Source: an uncultured Acidobacteriota bacterium (GTDB lineage: Bacteria; Actinomycetota; Acidimicrobiia; Spongiisociales; ZC4RG35). Taken from it: DNA of 64,000 bases. Positions 9,934 to 23,312 of the stretch are shown here, piece by piece; within the stretch, counting starts at the first letter, position 1, and each line of letters opens with the position of its first letter. Both the position numbers and the translations under genes were made by a program. The stretch covers positions 1 to 64,000 of the forward strand of contig CAWHEU010000002.1 of assembly GCA_963828465.1 (NCBI GenBank). Reading direction: 5' to 3'. Below the pieces are notes generated by a model that saw only the letters and a list, made by a program, of their open reading frames with translations, was not told the origin of the DNA and ran no database searches.

Positions 9934-11603
9934 GGGATGGTTCGCCCGGAGTGCCACCAGGGCGATGTCATCGCGCGCCCCCCGGGGGACAGGTCGGCGT
10001 CGAGGACATCGAGCATCTGGTCGAGGAGCTGTGCCGCATCTTTCGCGTCACACCGGGAAAGGGCGAGTTCCACGCTGTCAGGCGGATGGAGCCCGGAGAG
10101 CACATACCCGTCGGTGTACAGGACGACCAGGTCAGTCGGTTGGAGCCAATGCACCTCTTCGATCGGCTCCACCACAGGCATCACACCCACCGGCGGGCAG
10201 GGCGTCCCGAGCCGCTTCGTGGCTCGATCAGCCGTGGCGAGAATCGGCGGCGGATGACCGGCCAAGGTCACCGTTACTTTGAATCGATCGCCATGATCCT
10301 CGAGGATCAGGTAGGCCAGGGTGCACATCCTCTCCTCCTCGAGGAGCGACTCGTTGACCCTGGCGAACACGGTGGTCGGAGAGGGGTCGAGGGCGATAGT
10401 GGATCGGAGCGTGTAGCGGGCCAATCCGACCGCCGCCGCCGCCTCTACACCCTTGCCGGCGATGTCTCCCAGAAGTACGGCGGTACGCCCGTCGGCCATG
10501 GGAAAAACGTCGTAGAAGTCACCACCGACCTGGCCGACAAGGGAGACCGGCCGGTAGCGGGCCGCAAGATCGAGGCCGGGCACTTCGGGAAGCGCACTTG
10601 GCGTGATGACGGCCTGGAGGGTCTCGGCTATCTCTCTCTGTTGCTGATAGAGACTCGCATTTTCCAGGGCAGCAGCAGCACGATCGGCCACCACTTCGAG
10701 CAAGTCGACGTCGTCCCCGTCGAGCTCTGGATCGGGAAAGCTCCGAGCCAGAGTGAGCGTGCCGATAAGGCGGTGGCCGAGAGAGATCGGGACACACGCG
10801 ACGGAGTTCAGATCGAGACGTCTGAAGGCATCGATCAGCTCCTTGCCTGCACGGACCTCCGCCTCTTGCAGCATCTCGTCTGAGATCTTGTCAATGATCT
10901 CGGGTTTCTCGGTCCGGGCCACCCTGGCCTGCATCTGGTCTTCCTCGAGCGAGATCGGTCCCGGATCGCTCATGTGAACCAGGGTCCGGGCATCCTCAGT
11001 GTCGGGATGGACCATGGCCATCGGGATCAGTTTCCCGCCTTCGAGCATGTGTACCGCGCACCAAGAGCCCATCCGGGGGACCAGGGCCCTGGCCAGTTCG
11101 TGGAGGTTCTCAGTCTTGTCCAATGAAGACCCCAGCGCTTCGTACACCGTGTAGAGGAGCTCCTGGACCTCCTCGCGGCGAAACTGTGCTGTCATGTCCT
11201 GGACGAAACTGAGCACGAGAACGACATCACCCGCGTCGTTCTTGATCGGGCTGGCCCGGACTCGTGACCACCGAGCGTGGGGCGAGCCAGGTCTGCGATA
11301 TCCGATCACCGAGTCCGCGACCGGTGCACCCGCCATCACCTTCCTGCCGGGGAGGCTGTCCACGGTGAGCGGGGCCCCGGTACGGTCGATCATCTCGAAA
11401 CGAGCGATGATCTCCTCGGGCGGCGTGGATACGAGCTCTGCTCCGGTGCTGAAGCCGACGATTCGCGCCGCTTCGTCGTTGGCGTAAAGCAGGCGACCGG
11501 ACAGATCCTGAACCGTGACGGCTTCGCTGGCATGGCGAAAGAGTATGTCGAGGACCCTCCGGTCCTCGGCAGTGGCCAATTCGATGAATCGATCACCGGG
11601 CAC
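9928..11603 (-). CDS. PAS-GAF-PP2C (SpoIIE/RsbU-like) phosphatase; frameshift near 9985; start approximate
   Basis: VGGDFYD, GDIAGKG, LYTDG; terminal RDDIALVAL motif lies in another frame ending at TGA 9928. Confidence 0.85.
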
Positions 11604-11697
11604 GTGCCCCCTCGGCACCGGGCCGATAGAAACAGGACCCGGCGGACGGGAAGTTAGCCGATCCGCGGTGTCTCCGTTGAGGACACCGTGAATGGGC

Positions 11698-11724
11698 GTT
11701 TCGCCATTTCCCCGCCCCGGGTAT
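11698..11724 (+). promoter_or_regulatory. SigB/SigF-type promoter
   Basis: GTTT-N17-GGGTAT just upstream of ATG 11737. Confidence 0.55.
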
Positions 11725-11736
11725 GTGTCGTCCGGC

Positions 11737-13281
11737 ATGGATCCAGCCAACCCGGAGCTCCGAGACCTGACGATCAATCCTTCGTTGTGGATGGCGACCT
11801 CGGAGTGGCCCGAGTGGCCGGTTCTCCGAGGAGACATGACGTTTCAGGCGGTGGTGGTGGGCGCGGGGATCACAGGCCTCACCGCCGCTCGCCTCCTCTG
11901 TGAGCAAGGTCTGACTGTCGCGGTCATCGAGTCCCGCCGGGTTTGTTCGGGAGTCACCGGGTTGACGACGGCGAAAGTGACTGCTCTGCAGTCCACCATC
12001 TACACCGATCTGTCCGAGCGATGGGGTGATGAGACGTCGGCTGCTTACGCCGCGGCCAACCTCGAAGGCCTGGAAATGATCCGTCGTCTAGCCCAAGACG
12101 AGCACATCGACTGCGATCTGCGGATCGCTCCCGCCCTGACCTATGCCGAGACCGCCGAAGGGGTGGCCAAGGTCGAGGCCGAAGTCGAGGCGGCACAACG
12201 GGCGGGTCTCGGCGTCTCGTTCACGACGGAGTCAGACCTCCCGTTCGAGATCGCCGGCGCGGCGCTTCTTGAAGATCAGGCGCAGTTCCATCCTCGCAAC
12301 TATTGCCAGGGGCTCGTGCGGGCGATTCTCGCCGACGGCGGCGCCATCTTCGAGGAAACCAGGGCGGTGGATCTCGATGCATCGGCGGGCAAGGTGGTCA
12401 CAGATGGCGGGACCGTCTCCGCCGAGGTGGTGGTTGTTGCGTCCCATATCCCGTTTGTCGACACCGGTGGATACTTCGCCCGTATGACCGCCTCCAGGTC
12501 TTACGCGGTGGCCTTTCGACCGCGAGATGAGCCACCATCCGGCATGTACATAAGCGTTGATCCGCCTATTCGCTCCATCCGATCCACGGGTGACGGATTC
12601 ACCATCGTGGGTGGTGAGGCCCACGCCTCGGGAAAAGACGTGGACACCGAAGAACGCTATCGGGCCCTCGTCTCGTGGTCCGAGGACCGCTTCGGTGCTC
12701 CGGACGTCGACTTTCGGTGGTCGGCGCAGGATTACAAAAGCGTCGACGGCCTTCCTTTCGTTGGCCCTCTTGGTTCGTCGGGCCGAGTCTTCACGGCCAC
12801 CGGTTTCAATAAGTGGGGCATGGCCAACGGGTCCGTTGCCGCCGCGATCATGGTCGATCTGGCCATGGGACGGGACAACCCACTGGCGAGCGTGTTCGAT
12901 TCGAAACGGGCTGCCCTAAAGCAGGCCGCACCCGGCTTGCTCAAGGCCGGCGCCGGTTTCGCCAAAAGCCTGCTCACGGATCGAGTGCTCCCGTCGAACT
13001 TGCGCGGATTGGAGCAGCTGGCCCCGGGTTCAGGAGAGGTCGTGTCGATCAATGGCCGGAAGGCCGCTGCTTTCCGCGACGAGGACGGCGCGGTTCACGC
13101 CGTCTCCCCCATCTGCACTCACCGCGGCTGCCAGGTGCAGTTCAACGCTGCGGAGCGGACCTGGGATTGCCCGTGCCATGGATCGCGTTACGACGTCGAG
13201 GGCAAGGTCATCCACGGTCCAACGGTTCTAGACCTCGCCCCGATCGAGGAGGAGACGATGCACCGATCCACACCGCGCTGA
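11737..13281 (+). CDS. FAD-dependent oxidoreductase with C-terminal Rieske [2Fe-2S] domain (YhfW-like)
   Basis: GAGITG Rossmann motif; CTHRGC and CPCHGS Rieske ligands. Confidence 0.9.
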   Translation: MDPANPELRDLTINPSLWMATSEWPEWPVLRGDMTFQAVVVGAGITGLTAARLLCEQGLTVAVIESRRVCSGVTGLTTAKVTALQSTIYTDLSERWGDETSAAYAAANLEGLEMIRRLAQDEHIDCDLRIAPALTYAETAEGVAKVEAEVEAAQRAGLGVSFTTESDLPFEIAGAALLEDQAQFHPRNYCQGLVRAILADGGAIFEETRAVDLDASAGKVVTDGGTVSAEVVVVASHIPFVDTGGYFARMTASRSYAVAFRPRDEPPSGMYISVDPPIRSIRSTGDGFTIVGGEAHASGKDVDTEERYRALVSWSEDRFGAPDVDFRWSAQDYKSVDGLPFVGPLGSSGRVFTATGFNKWGMANGSVAAAIMVDLAMGRDNPLASVFDSKRAALKQAAPGLLKAGAGFAKSLLTDRVLPSNLRGLEQLAPGSGEVVSINGRKAAAFRDEDGAVHAVSPICTHRGCQVQFNAAERTWDCPCHGSRYDVEGKVIHGPTVLDLAPIEEETMHRSTPR

Positions 13282-13308
13282 CCCTGCCGCCATATCATCC
13301 GCACGCGG

Positions 13309-13818
13309 ATGAAGCGCGCTCTCCCCGTCCTCTTGGTGCTGATCCTGGGCTGCTCAGATGCCAGCTCCGCCACGACGACCACAACTACCACCCAGACGAC
13401 GACTACGGCAGCGGTAACTACGACGGCGCCACCGGTGGAATGCCCTCGACCGCCGTACGAGCTCAGCTTCCTCCCAGCCGGTGTCGGTACCGCGGTGCTC
13501 GACGCCGAGGAGATCGAGCCCGACGTGTGGACCTCGGTGCCGGGAAGCAGTGCCACCCTCTGGGGCAGGGATGATGTGGTCGCCATCGCCTTGATACGGG
13601 GTGCTCTCCCCGCGGTGGAATGGCCGGGTGATCGGGGGGCGGTGGTCATCGACGGGACGAGGGGGGTGGTCGGCCCTCATCCCGATGGAACTTGGGTGGC
13701 CGGGTGGTTCGAGGCCCCCGGCGAGCGATGCGACCTCTACACCATGGTGTTCTACCCGCCGGTGGCAGACGAGGACGTGGAGCAGACCCTGGCCGGTATG
13801 AATCGGGTCGGGGGTTGA
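13309..13818 (+). CDS. Hypothetical lipoprotein
   Basis: Signal peptide ending ILGC, poly-Thr linker. Confidence 0.6.
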   Translation: MKRALPVLLVLILGCSDASSATTTTTTTQTTTTAAVTTTAPPVECPRPPYELSFLPAGVGTAVLDAEEIEPDVWTSVPGSSATLWGRDDVVAIALIRGALPAVEWPGDRGAVVIDGTRGVVGPHPDGTWVAGWFEAPGERCDLYTMVFYPPVADEDVEQTLAGMNRVGG

Positions 13819-13843
13819 CGGCGCAGCAGGGGACGCGTAGCGT
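13815..13843 (+). promoter_or_regulatory. Housekeeping-sigma promoter of the trp operon
   Basis: TTGACG-N17-TAGCGT, 9 nt before the leader ATG. Confidence 0.7.
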
Positions 13844-13852
13844 TCCGCCCGG

Positions 13853-13933
13853 ATGAGCCGAAAGAACCTCTCGCATGCCGATGGCACCTGGTGGTGGGCT
13901 TGGCGCGCGCCGGAGGTGGCTTCGGTCGGATAG
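13853..13933 (+). CDS. trpL: trp operon leader peptide MSRKNLSHADGTWWWAWRAPEVASVG
   Basis: TGG TGG TGG GCT TGG directly upstream of trpE; no SD, start near the predicted TSS. Confidence 0.9.
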   Translation: MSRKNLSHADGTWWWAWRAPEVASVG

Positions 13934-13989
13934 TCCCCGCTCTCTGATCCCTACGAACCCATCTCCGGTATCCGGCAGATGGGTTTTCT
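13912..13989 (+). terminator. Attenuator (alternative antiterminator/terminator)
   Basis: Terminator AACCCATCTCCGG-TAT-CCGG(C)AGATGGGTT then TTCT; antiterminator 13912-13924 pairs with 13954-13966. Confidence 0.8.
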
Positions 13990-14026
13990 CGTTCGAGGCC
14001 CAGACGCCGGACCGGCGGAGGAGCCC

Positions 14027-15399
14027 ATGAACAACATCTTCGACATACCGGCCGACCTGGACACTCCTACTTCGGTGTACCTCAAGCTTGCCCCTCTGGG
14101 CCCGCGGTTCCTTCTCGAGAGCGTGGAGCAGGGTGACCAGGTTGGGCGGTTCTCGTTCATCGGATTCGGCCCGGGTCTCGATGTGCGCAGCGACGGGAGG
14201 ACGATCCATGCCGGGACCACCGATGTCGAGACGGACGGGTCGATACAGGGGCTCGTGGACGGGTTGCGCAAGGTGCTAGTGGAGGCACCGGCGCCGGGCC
14301 CCACATCGACATCCATCCCGTTCCACGGAGGGCTGGTGGGCGCTATCGGATTCGACGTCGCCCATCGTCTCGCCGGATGGGCCCCGCCGCCGAGCCCGCG
14401 GCCCGAGATCCAGTTGTACGGGCCACCGAGCGTCATCGTCTTCGACCATCTGAGTCGACGAGCCGCCCTGCTCCACGATGGGCCCGATTCCGACCGTCTT
14501 TCCCTGCGCCGCCAGGTGATCTCGTTGCTCTCGAGTGGGCTGTCGAGCTCGGGCCGGACCGGCGGGTTCGAACCTGCTGCCGGCTCGATGGATAAGCGGC
14601 AGTACGAGGACGTTGTGCAACGTGCCCGTCATCACATTCGTGAGGGCGACGTGTATCAGATCGTCCCCTCGGTCCAGTTCACCGGGGAGACCGACCTCGA
14701 TCCATTCACGGTCTATCGAGGGCTTCGACTCCTCAATCCCTCTCCATACATGTACTTCTGTGACCTGGGCGAAACCAAGGTGATCGGGTCCTCGCCGGAG
14801 GCGCTGGTCAGGCTGCGGGGGACCGTGGCAGAACTGCGGCCCATCGCCGGGACCAGGCCTCGTCACAACGACGAGCAACGCGACCGGATTGCAGAGGAAG
14901 AGCTGATCGGCGACGCCAAGGAGGCGGCCGAGCATGTGATGCTTGTCGACTTGGCTCGCAATGATCTGGGCAGGGTCGCGGTGCCCGGCTCGATCAAGGT
15001 CGATCCGTATCGTGCCATCGAGAGATACAGCCACGTCATCCATCTGGTCAGCGGGGTGAGCGGGATCATGGAGACGGGCGGCGATGCCTTCGACTTGTTT
15101 GCTGCTGCCTTCCCGGCCGGCACCGTGGTGGGCGCGCCCAAGATCCGAGCGCTCGAGCTGTTGCGCGAGCTCGAACCTGTTCCCCGGGGTATTTACGCGG
15201 GGACCGTCGGCTATTTCGGGCATGGAGGGACGATGGACCAGGCGATCGCCATTCGCACCATCGTCATGAGCGAGGGTCGCTACACCTATCAGGCCGGCGC
15301 GGGCATCGTCGCCGACAGCGTGCCCTCAGCCGAGTGGGAAGAAGTCCTCTCCAAATCAGGTGCGATGCGTGGCGCCCTCGAGATAGCGGCAGGTGGGCT

Positions 15400-15403
<4 letters not shown>
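14027..15403 (+). CDS. trpE: Anthranilate synthase component I
   Basis: FLLESVE, NPSPYM, PIAGTRPR, EHVMLVDLARND, GTVVGAPK; GGAGGAG RBS. Confidence 0.95.
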
Positions 15404-16025
<622 letters not shown>

Positions 16026-16029
<4 letters not shown>

Positions 16030-17045
16030 GCCAGGTGCTCGAAGAACTCCTGCGTGGCAACGACCTCACCGAACAGGGAGCCGTGGACCTCCTCCACCAG
16101 CTGACCGGGGGCGAGATGGATCCGGCCGTCGCCGGCGCCGTCCTTGCTGCCCTCAGGGCCAAGGGCGAGACCCCGGATGAGGTGCGGGGGTTTGCCCGGG
16201 CAATGCGAGACCTCGCGACCGATCCCCAGGTCGATGTCACCGGTGCCGTCGACGTGGTTGGCACCGGTGGCGACCGGTCGGGCAGCCTGAATCTCTCAAC
16301 CGGGTCGGCGATTGTGGCGGCGGCGAGTGGGGTCCCGGTGGTGAAACACGGGAATCGCTCGATGACCAGCGAGAGCGGGAGTGCCGATGTTCTCGAGGCG
16401 CTCGGGCTGCCCATTCCGATGGATGAGGACCAGGTTCGGCGACTATTCGACACCACTGGCTTCACATTTCTGTTCGCCCCCTACTTCCACCCCGCGATGG
16501 CCGCGGTAGGCCCGGTCCGGCGTGCGCTGGCGGTGCGCACGGTGTTCAACATTCTCGGGCCCCTCACCAATCCGGCGGCTCCGCCCAACATGGTGATCGG
16601 CGCCTTCGACCCCACCGCTGCCCGACTAATGGCCGGAGCCCTATCCGGTCTCGACATCGACCGGGCATTCGTCGTACACGGGGCGGGTGGCTGGGACGAG
16701 CCTTCCCCCCTGGGTGAGTTCATCCTCTTCGACGTGCGGCCCGGCACAGTCGAGGAATCCGTCCGGCACCCGGCCGACATCGGGATGGCCGTTTGCGAGA
16801 TGGATGACCTGGCCGGTGGCTCGCCGGAGCACAACGCCAGACGCTTGCTCGACGTCCTGGAAGGCGAGCAGAGCCCGCACCGGGATTCGGTCGTGCTCGG
16901 CGCTGCCCTGGCACTCGAGGTCAGCGGGCGCGCCGCCCTGCCCGACGAGGCCGTGTCGATGGCCGGCGCCGCCATCGACGACGGGAGAGCGCTCGCTCTG
17001 GCCAAGACGCTCGAGGAGTTCGGGGCGTCCGAGGCCGGCCGATGA
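16026..17045 (+). CDS. trpD: Anthranilate phosphoribosyltransferase
   Basis: DVVGTGGD, KHGNRS, SGSAD, GPLTNP. Confidence 0.95.
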
Positions 17046-17851
17046 GCCGCTTCCTCGACACCATGGCCGCCCGATCCCGGCAACGGGCGGAGCAAGCCAC
17101 CGCACGCAGTCCGCTCTCCGAGCGTCGGGAGGCAGTGCTATCCGGATCGGGGTCCCGCTCAATCGGGACCTTCGGAGCGTTGTTCGATGTCATCGCCGAG
17201 GTCAAGCCACGGTCTCCGTCTGAAGGTGCCTTCCCTGAACGTCGCCCGGCCGAGACCGCGATGGGCTATCAGGCAGGCGGTGCCGCCATGATCTCGGTGC
17301 TCACCGAGCCCTCAGAGTTCGGCGGGTCCATCGAGATGTTGGAGGCCGTAGCGGCGGCCGTGTCGGTCCCGGTGCTGGCCAAGGACTTTCTGGTGGACCC
17401 GATCCAGGTGTACGAGGCGCGGGAGGCCGGCGCCGATGGCGTGCTGGTGATCGCACGAATCCTGAGCGACGAGGCCATGGTTGAGATCCTCGACGCCGTC
17501 GCTGAGAGCGGGGCTTTTGCCCTGATCGAGGCCTTCGATGGGCACGACCTGAAGCGCATTCGGAGGGCTGTGTCGGGGCGGGAAAACCTCATCGCCGGCG
17601 TCAATTGCCGGGACCTCGACACATTGGAAGTCGTGCCCGATCGCCATGCCGCTCTTGCCGGACAGCTCCCGGGCGATGTGGTGAGCGTCGCCGAAAGTGC
17701 GATGCAAAACCCCGCGGATATCGAACGGGTCGCCACATACGGATATCGGGCTGCCCTCGTCGGTTCGGCATTGATGAGAACCGACGATCCAGGTCAACTG
17801 GTGAGTGAGATGGTGGAGGCCGGTCGTCGGGCAGTGACGGTGCCGTCATGA
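17042..17851 (+). CDS. trpC: Indole-3-glycerol phosphate synthase
   Basis: [26 protein letters not shown]. Confidence 0.95.
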   Translation: MSRFLDTMAARSRQRAEQATARSPLSERREAVLSGSGSRSIGTFGALFDVIAEVKPRSPSEGAFPERRPAETAMGYQAGGAAMISVLTEPSEFGGSIEMLEAVAAAVSVPVLAKDFLVDPIQVYEAREAGADGVLVIARILSDEAMVEILDAVAESGAFALIEAFDGHDLKRIRRAVSGRENLIAGVNCRDLDTLEVVPDRHAALAGQLPGDVVSVAESAMQNPADIERVATYGYRAALVGSALMRTDDPGQLVSEMVEAGRRAVTVPS

Positions 17852-18601
17852 CGCTCTTCGTGAAGCTGTGCGGGGTCAAGTCTGAGTCGGATCTCGAGGC
17901 TGCAGTCGAGGCGGGCGCCGACGCGGTCGGGTTCGTTCTCACCCCCTCCCCTCGACAGATCCCATTGAACGTGGCGGCGAGGCTGAACGCGAGATTGCCC
18001 GACTCGGTTCTCGGTGTCGCCGTTTTCCATGACCCGTCACCGGATCTGTTGGTTCGAGCACGAGAAGAGGTCGATCCCGATCTGTTCCAGTCCGAGCTCT
18101 CGACGCTGGTCGGGATTTCTACGGACCAGCTCCTCCCGGTAGTGGTCGATAGTGAGTCGCTCGACCGGGACTTCGCACTCGCCGCCGGTTCGGCGGGTAG
18201 GGAGATGGTCCTCGTCGACAGCGCCGCTCGTGGCGGGACCGGTCTCACACCGAGATGGGAGCGGCTTGCCAGACTCGATGGGCCGGGTCGGCTGATCCTG
18301 GCCGGTGGCCTCGACCCCGAAAACGTGGGTGAGGCAGTTTCCCTGGTCAGGCCATTCGGGGTCGACGTCAGCTCCGGCATCGAGAAGGCGCCGGGAGTGA
18401 AGGATCCGAAGCGCATGCGAGCCTTCGTCGAGGCGGCGCGAAGCGTGGGCCCAATTTCTCCCCCCGCAGGGGGGAGTACCGCCGCAGGCGGGGAGGGGGG
18501 AGATCTTTCTCCCACGGTAGGAGGGAGGACCGAGACCCCCTCCGGCCCTTCGGGCCACCTCCCCCAACCTCGCTTCGCTCCTGGGGGAGGAAACGTCATG
18601 A
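17848..18601 (+). CDS. trpF: Phosphoribosylanthranilate isomerase (apparent in-frame fusion to trpB is probably an indel artefact)
   Basis: [24 protein letters not shown]; ATGA overlap at 18598-18601. Confidence 0.9.
18456..18591. repeat. Inverted pair of REP-like repeats (copy B reverse 18456-18500, copy C forward 18535-18591)
   Basis: Reverse complement of B matches copy A; C has the same CCCCCTCC-hairpin-ACCTCCCCC-loop-GGGGGAG layout and supplies the trpB RBS. Confidence 0.8.
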
Positions 18602-19773
18602 CGACCGCGCGAGATGAGACCGGGCGATACGGCCGTTTCGGGGGGCGTTACGTGCCCGAGATCCTGATGCCCGCGTTGACCAGGCTGGAGGAGACTGCCC
18701 GTCTCCTCCTCGGCGATCCCGGGTTTCTCAATATGTACGAGGAGGAATTGTCTTCTTGGGTAGGCCGGCCGACCGCCCTCACCCATGCCGTCCGCCTCGG
18801 TGAATCCTGGGGTGGCGACGTGTGGCTGAAACGCGAGGACCTGGCGCACACCGGGGCGCACAAGATCAACAACGCCATAGGTCAGGCGCTCCTGGCCAGG
18901 GAGATGGGCGCTGAGCGGGTGATCGCCGAGACAGGGGCGGGCCAGCATGGCGTGGCCACGGCAGCGGCTTGTGCTCGTCTCGGTCTGGATTGCACCGTCT
19001 ACATGGGCTCAGTGGACATCGAGCGTCAGGCGCCGAATGTCGAGCGGATGCGGATCCTGGGGGCGAGGGTGGAGCCGGTCACGTCTGGGGACGCGACTTT
19101 GCGTGCCGCGATCAACGAGGCCCTGCGTGACTGGGTGACTCGACCAGAGACCACCTACTACCTCCTCGGCTCGGCGGTGGGTCCCCACCCCTATCCATGG
19201 CTGGTCAGAGAGCTCCAATCGGTTATCGGCCGGGAAGCCCGGCGACAGATGCTGGAGCGTTCCGGAAGTCTGCCTGATGCCGCCGTCGCCTGCGTCGGTG
19301 GAGGGTCCAACGCCATTGGGTTGTTCCATCCCCTGCTCGACGACCCGATCGAGCTCATCGGGGTGGAGGCCGGGGGGACATCTCCCGAGCTGGGGCGCAA
19401 CGCCGCCACCATCGGGCGAGGGACTCCGGGCGTGCTTCACGGGAGCTTCTCGTTTCTCCTCCAAGACGACGACGGCCAGGTTCAGGAAACGCACTCGGTG
19501 TCAGCAGGCCTCGACTATCCGGGAGTTGGCCCCGAGCACTCGTGGCTGGCGGAGACTGGGCGGGTCACATACGAGAGCGCGACCGACGACGAGGCTTTGG
19601 CCGCCCTGTACGAGCTGGGTCGTCACGAGGGGATCCTTCCCGCCCTCGAGTCGAGTCACGCCCTGGTCGGGGCCAAGAGGTGGCTGAAGGTCAATCCGGG
19701 TTCGACGGTCCTCGTCGGTCTGTCCGGCCGGGGGGACAAGGACATCGACATCCTTCGAGGGCTCAACCGATGA
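18598..19773 (+). CDS. trpB: Tryptophan synthase beta chain
   Basis: [15 protein letters not shown] (PLP Lys), [23 protein letters not shown]. Confidence 0.95.
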   Translation: MTTARDETGRYGRFGGRYVPEILMPALTRLEETARLLLGDPGFLNMYEEELSSWVGRPTALTHAVRLGESWGGDVWLKREDLAHTGAHKINNAIGQALLAREMGAERVIAETGAGQHGVATAAACARLGLDCTVYMGSVDIERQAPNVERMRILGARVEPVTSGDATLRAAINEALRDWVTRPETTYYLLGSAVGPHPYPWLVRELQSVIGREARRQMLERSGSLPDAAVACVGGGSNAIGLFHPLLDDPIELIGVEAGGTSPELGRNAATIGRGTPGVLHGSFSFLLQDDDGQVQETHSVSAGLDYPGVGPEHSWLAETGRVTYESATDDEALAALYELGRHEGILPALESSHALVGAKRWLKVNPGSTVLVGLSGRGDKDIDILRGLNR

Positions 19774-20537
19774 GCGCCTCTGTCGTCGGAGCTCGAGCAC
19801 TCGAGACGAGATTGGCCGTTGATGGGACGGCCATCGTCCCCTACCTCACCGGCGGGTATCCGTCGTCGGCCGCCTTCGCCGACGCGTTGCTGGCCCTATC
19901 CCGGATCTCGATCGCAGTCGAGATCGGAATCCCCTTCTCCGACCCGATGGCCGATGGCGCCACCATCCAGGAGTCGAGCCGGGTCGCCCTGGAGAATGGC
20001 GCCACACTCGAATCGATCCTCGTCGCGATCGAGGGACTCGGCCGGCTCGATGCCGATCTGGTTGTGATGAGCTATCTCAACCCGCTGCTGGCCTACGGGT
20101 ACGGTTCATTGCTGCCCAGACTGGCAGGGGTTGGCGTGTCTGCGCTGGTGGTTCCGGATCTGCCGCTGGAGGAATCCGAAGAGCTCGCCAATGTCTCCCG
20201 CGAGCATGGGATTGGCCTGGTCCAACTGGTCAGTCCGGTGACGAGTCAGGAGCGGCTCGAAGCCTTGGGCAAGGCCTCGGAGGGATTCACCTATGCGGTG
20301 ACCATGACCGGCACCACCGGGGGCACCCTCGGTGCCGGACCGGAGGTCACGGCCTACCTCGATCGGGTGCGTGCTGCATCGAGACCCCCTGTCCTCGCCG
20401 GATTCGGGGTGCGAACTCCGGATCAGGTTCGAGCACTCGCCCCGCACTGCGACGGTGTGATCGTGGGAAGCGCCCTGGTCGAAATCATGTCCGACGGTAG
20501 GGACCCCGTGTCGTTCGTGGCAGAGTTGCGTCAATGA
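19770..20537 (+). CDS. trpA: Tryptophan synthase alpha chain
   Basis: [28 protein letters not shown]. Confidence 0.95.
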   Translation: MSASVVGARALETRLAVDGTAIVPYLTGGYPSSAAFADALLALSRISIAVEIGIPFSDPMADGATIQESSRVALENGATLESILVAIEGLGRLDADLVVMSYLNPLLAYGYGSLLPRLAGVGVSALVVPDLPLEESEELANVSREHGIGLVQLVSPVTSQERLEALGKASEGFTYAVTMTGTTGGTLGAGPEVTAYLDRVRAASRPPVLAGFGVRTPDQVRALAPHCDGVIVGSALVEIMSDGRDPVSFVAELRQ

Positions 20538-21541
20538 TCGCAACACTCTCGTCTGTCTGCACCTTGGGGGAGAAGGCCGCGATCCTCCGGTTCATCGAGG
20601 GCCACGGTCTCCGCGTCCATGTCGGGGAGGCGGGCACGACCACGATCGTCAGCATCATCGGCGACCCGGAGCCCGGCATCGCCGAGTCCATCGGTGCTCT
20701 TCCCGGTGTCGAGTCGGTCAGCCTCGATGCCCCTCGCTACCCCTTCGTCGCCAGGGAGGCGCGAGCGGAGCCGAGCACGGTGAAGGTCGGGGATGTCGTC
20801 ATCGGAGGGAAAGGCGTTGCGGTCATCGCCGGGCCGTGCTCGGTGGAGTCCGAGGAGCAACTGCTCACCATCGCCCGATCCGTGGCCAAGGAGGGAGCAG
20901 TGCTTCTCCGGGGCGGTGCGTTCAAGCCCCGGACATCGCCCTACAGCTTCCAGGGGCTGGGGGAGGAGGGTCTCGAGATGCTGGCCCGGGCCCGGGAGGA
21001 GACCGGTCTGGGAGTCGTGTCCGAGGTGGTCGCGCCGGAGGACATCTCCTCGATGAACCGATTTGTCGACATGCTCCAGGTGGGGAGCCGGAACATGCAG
21101 AACTTCCGCCTCCTCTCCGCCGTGGGCGAGCAACCCACCCCGGTTCTGCTGAAGAGGGGCCTGATGTCCACCATCGAGGAGATGCTTCTGGCTGCCGAGT
21201 ACATCGTCGGCGCAGGGAACCCCCGAGTGGTGCTCTGCGAGCGGGGCATCCGGTCATTCGAGACCGCAACCCGGGGCACGCTCGACATCAGCGCGGTCCC
21301 CGTTCTCAAGGAACGCTCCCATCTACCGGTGATCGTCGACCCGAGCCATGCCGCCGGGAAGCGCTCCCTGGTGCCCAGCCTCTCGGCGGCGGGCGTCGCT
21401 GCGGGCGCCGACGGTTTGCTCATCGAGGTGCACGATCGGCCCGAGGAAGCACTCAGTGACGGCCCGCAGAGTCTGACGCTCGACGGCTTCGCCGAAACCA
21501 TGGAGACGGTGGCGAAGATCGCCGGCGCCTTGGATCGGCCC

Positions 21542-21556
<15 letters not shown>
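20534..21556 (+). CDS. aroF: DAHP synthase type I-beta with N-terminal ACT-like domain
   Basis: [33 protein letters not shown]. Confidence 0.9.
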
Positions 21557-22486
<930 letters not shown>

Positions 22487-22520
22487 GACTCTCCTTTCAA
22501 ATGCATCATTCCTGGCTTTG

Positions 22521-23312
22521 TCATTGCCCGGTCTCCAGGGGCTCCACGACCAGACGCGTCCCCTGTACATCGGTCACGACGATTTTCTGCCCGACTGGCA
22601 CCGGCTGTGGCGCCAGTGCCCTCCACTCCTGTAGCTCTACCTTGACCATCCCGTCACCACTGATGGGGTCGATGTCGGCGATGACGACTCCTTCCATGCC
22701 GACCCAGCGGTTGGCGCCGATTCGAGGTTGGTCCCCCTCGTCCTGCCGGGTGATGAATCGACGTAGATAGGCGAGGGCGAAAACCGAGACCCCGAAGAAC
22801 ACGAGCCACTGGGCGACAACGGCTGCGCCAGCCCACGCCAGGATCGCGGCCGCGCCGGCGCCGATGGCGAACGGGAGGAGAAAGAACCCGGCGGTGAAGA
22901 TCTCACCGATCCCCATGACGACGGCGAAGATGGTCCACAACCATCGCCAAACCTCGTTGTCCACGTCGTTACCTCCTTGTCCGGCAACGGCGACGGCGGC
23001 CACCACCGCGCCCATGCCGACTCCGAACAAGATCAGGTCTCTCCTGGTCTTGCGTGTCACCTCCGCCTCACCTGTCTGCACCTGGCTCCAGGTGGCGGTC
23101 GAATGACGGCGAACTCTGTATGCCGCCGCCCAGCTCTCGGCGAACGCGGCCGGGTCGTCTCCCACGACTTCGCTCACCTTACGGCCATCCTGCGCGGCCA
23201 GGGCAAGGTGTTGCTCCAGCTCGGCCCGCATCTCGGTGACCGACGATCGTGGCACACCGGTCTCCAGCCAGTAGCGCTCGATCCGGTCGACGACGGTTCG
23301 GGCGTCCGTCAC
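22521..23312 (-). CDS. NfeD-like protein with N-terminal HAAS-like helical domain
   Basis: N-term [20 protein letters not shown]; C-term NfeD ([23 protein letters not shown]). Confidence 0.7.
   Translation of the reverse strand: MTDARTVVDRIERYWLETGVPRSSVTEMRAELEQHLALAAQDGRKVSEVVGDDPAAFAESWAAAYRVRRHSTATWSQVQTGEAEVTRKTRRDLILFGVGMGAVVAAVAVAGQGGNDVDNEVWRWLWTIFAVVMGIGEIFTAGFFLLPFAIGAGAAAILAWAGAAVVAQWLVFFGVSVFALAYLRRFITRQDEGDQPRIGANRWVGMEGVVIADIDPISGDGMVKVELQEWRALAPQPVPVGQKIVVTDVQGTRLVVEPLETGQ

Noticed and set aside
13371-13425. ACN-rich tandem repeat
   Set aside because: Encodes a poly-Thr lipoprotein linker; not a DNA element or CRISPR
17848-19773. TrpF-TrpB fusion (641 aa)
   Set aside because: trpB has its own RBS and an ATGA overlap like the other junctions; the linker is homopolymer-rich repeat DNA where one indel would create the fusion
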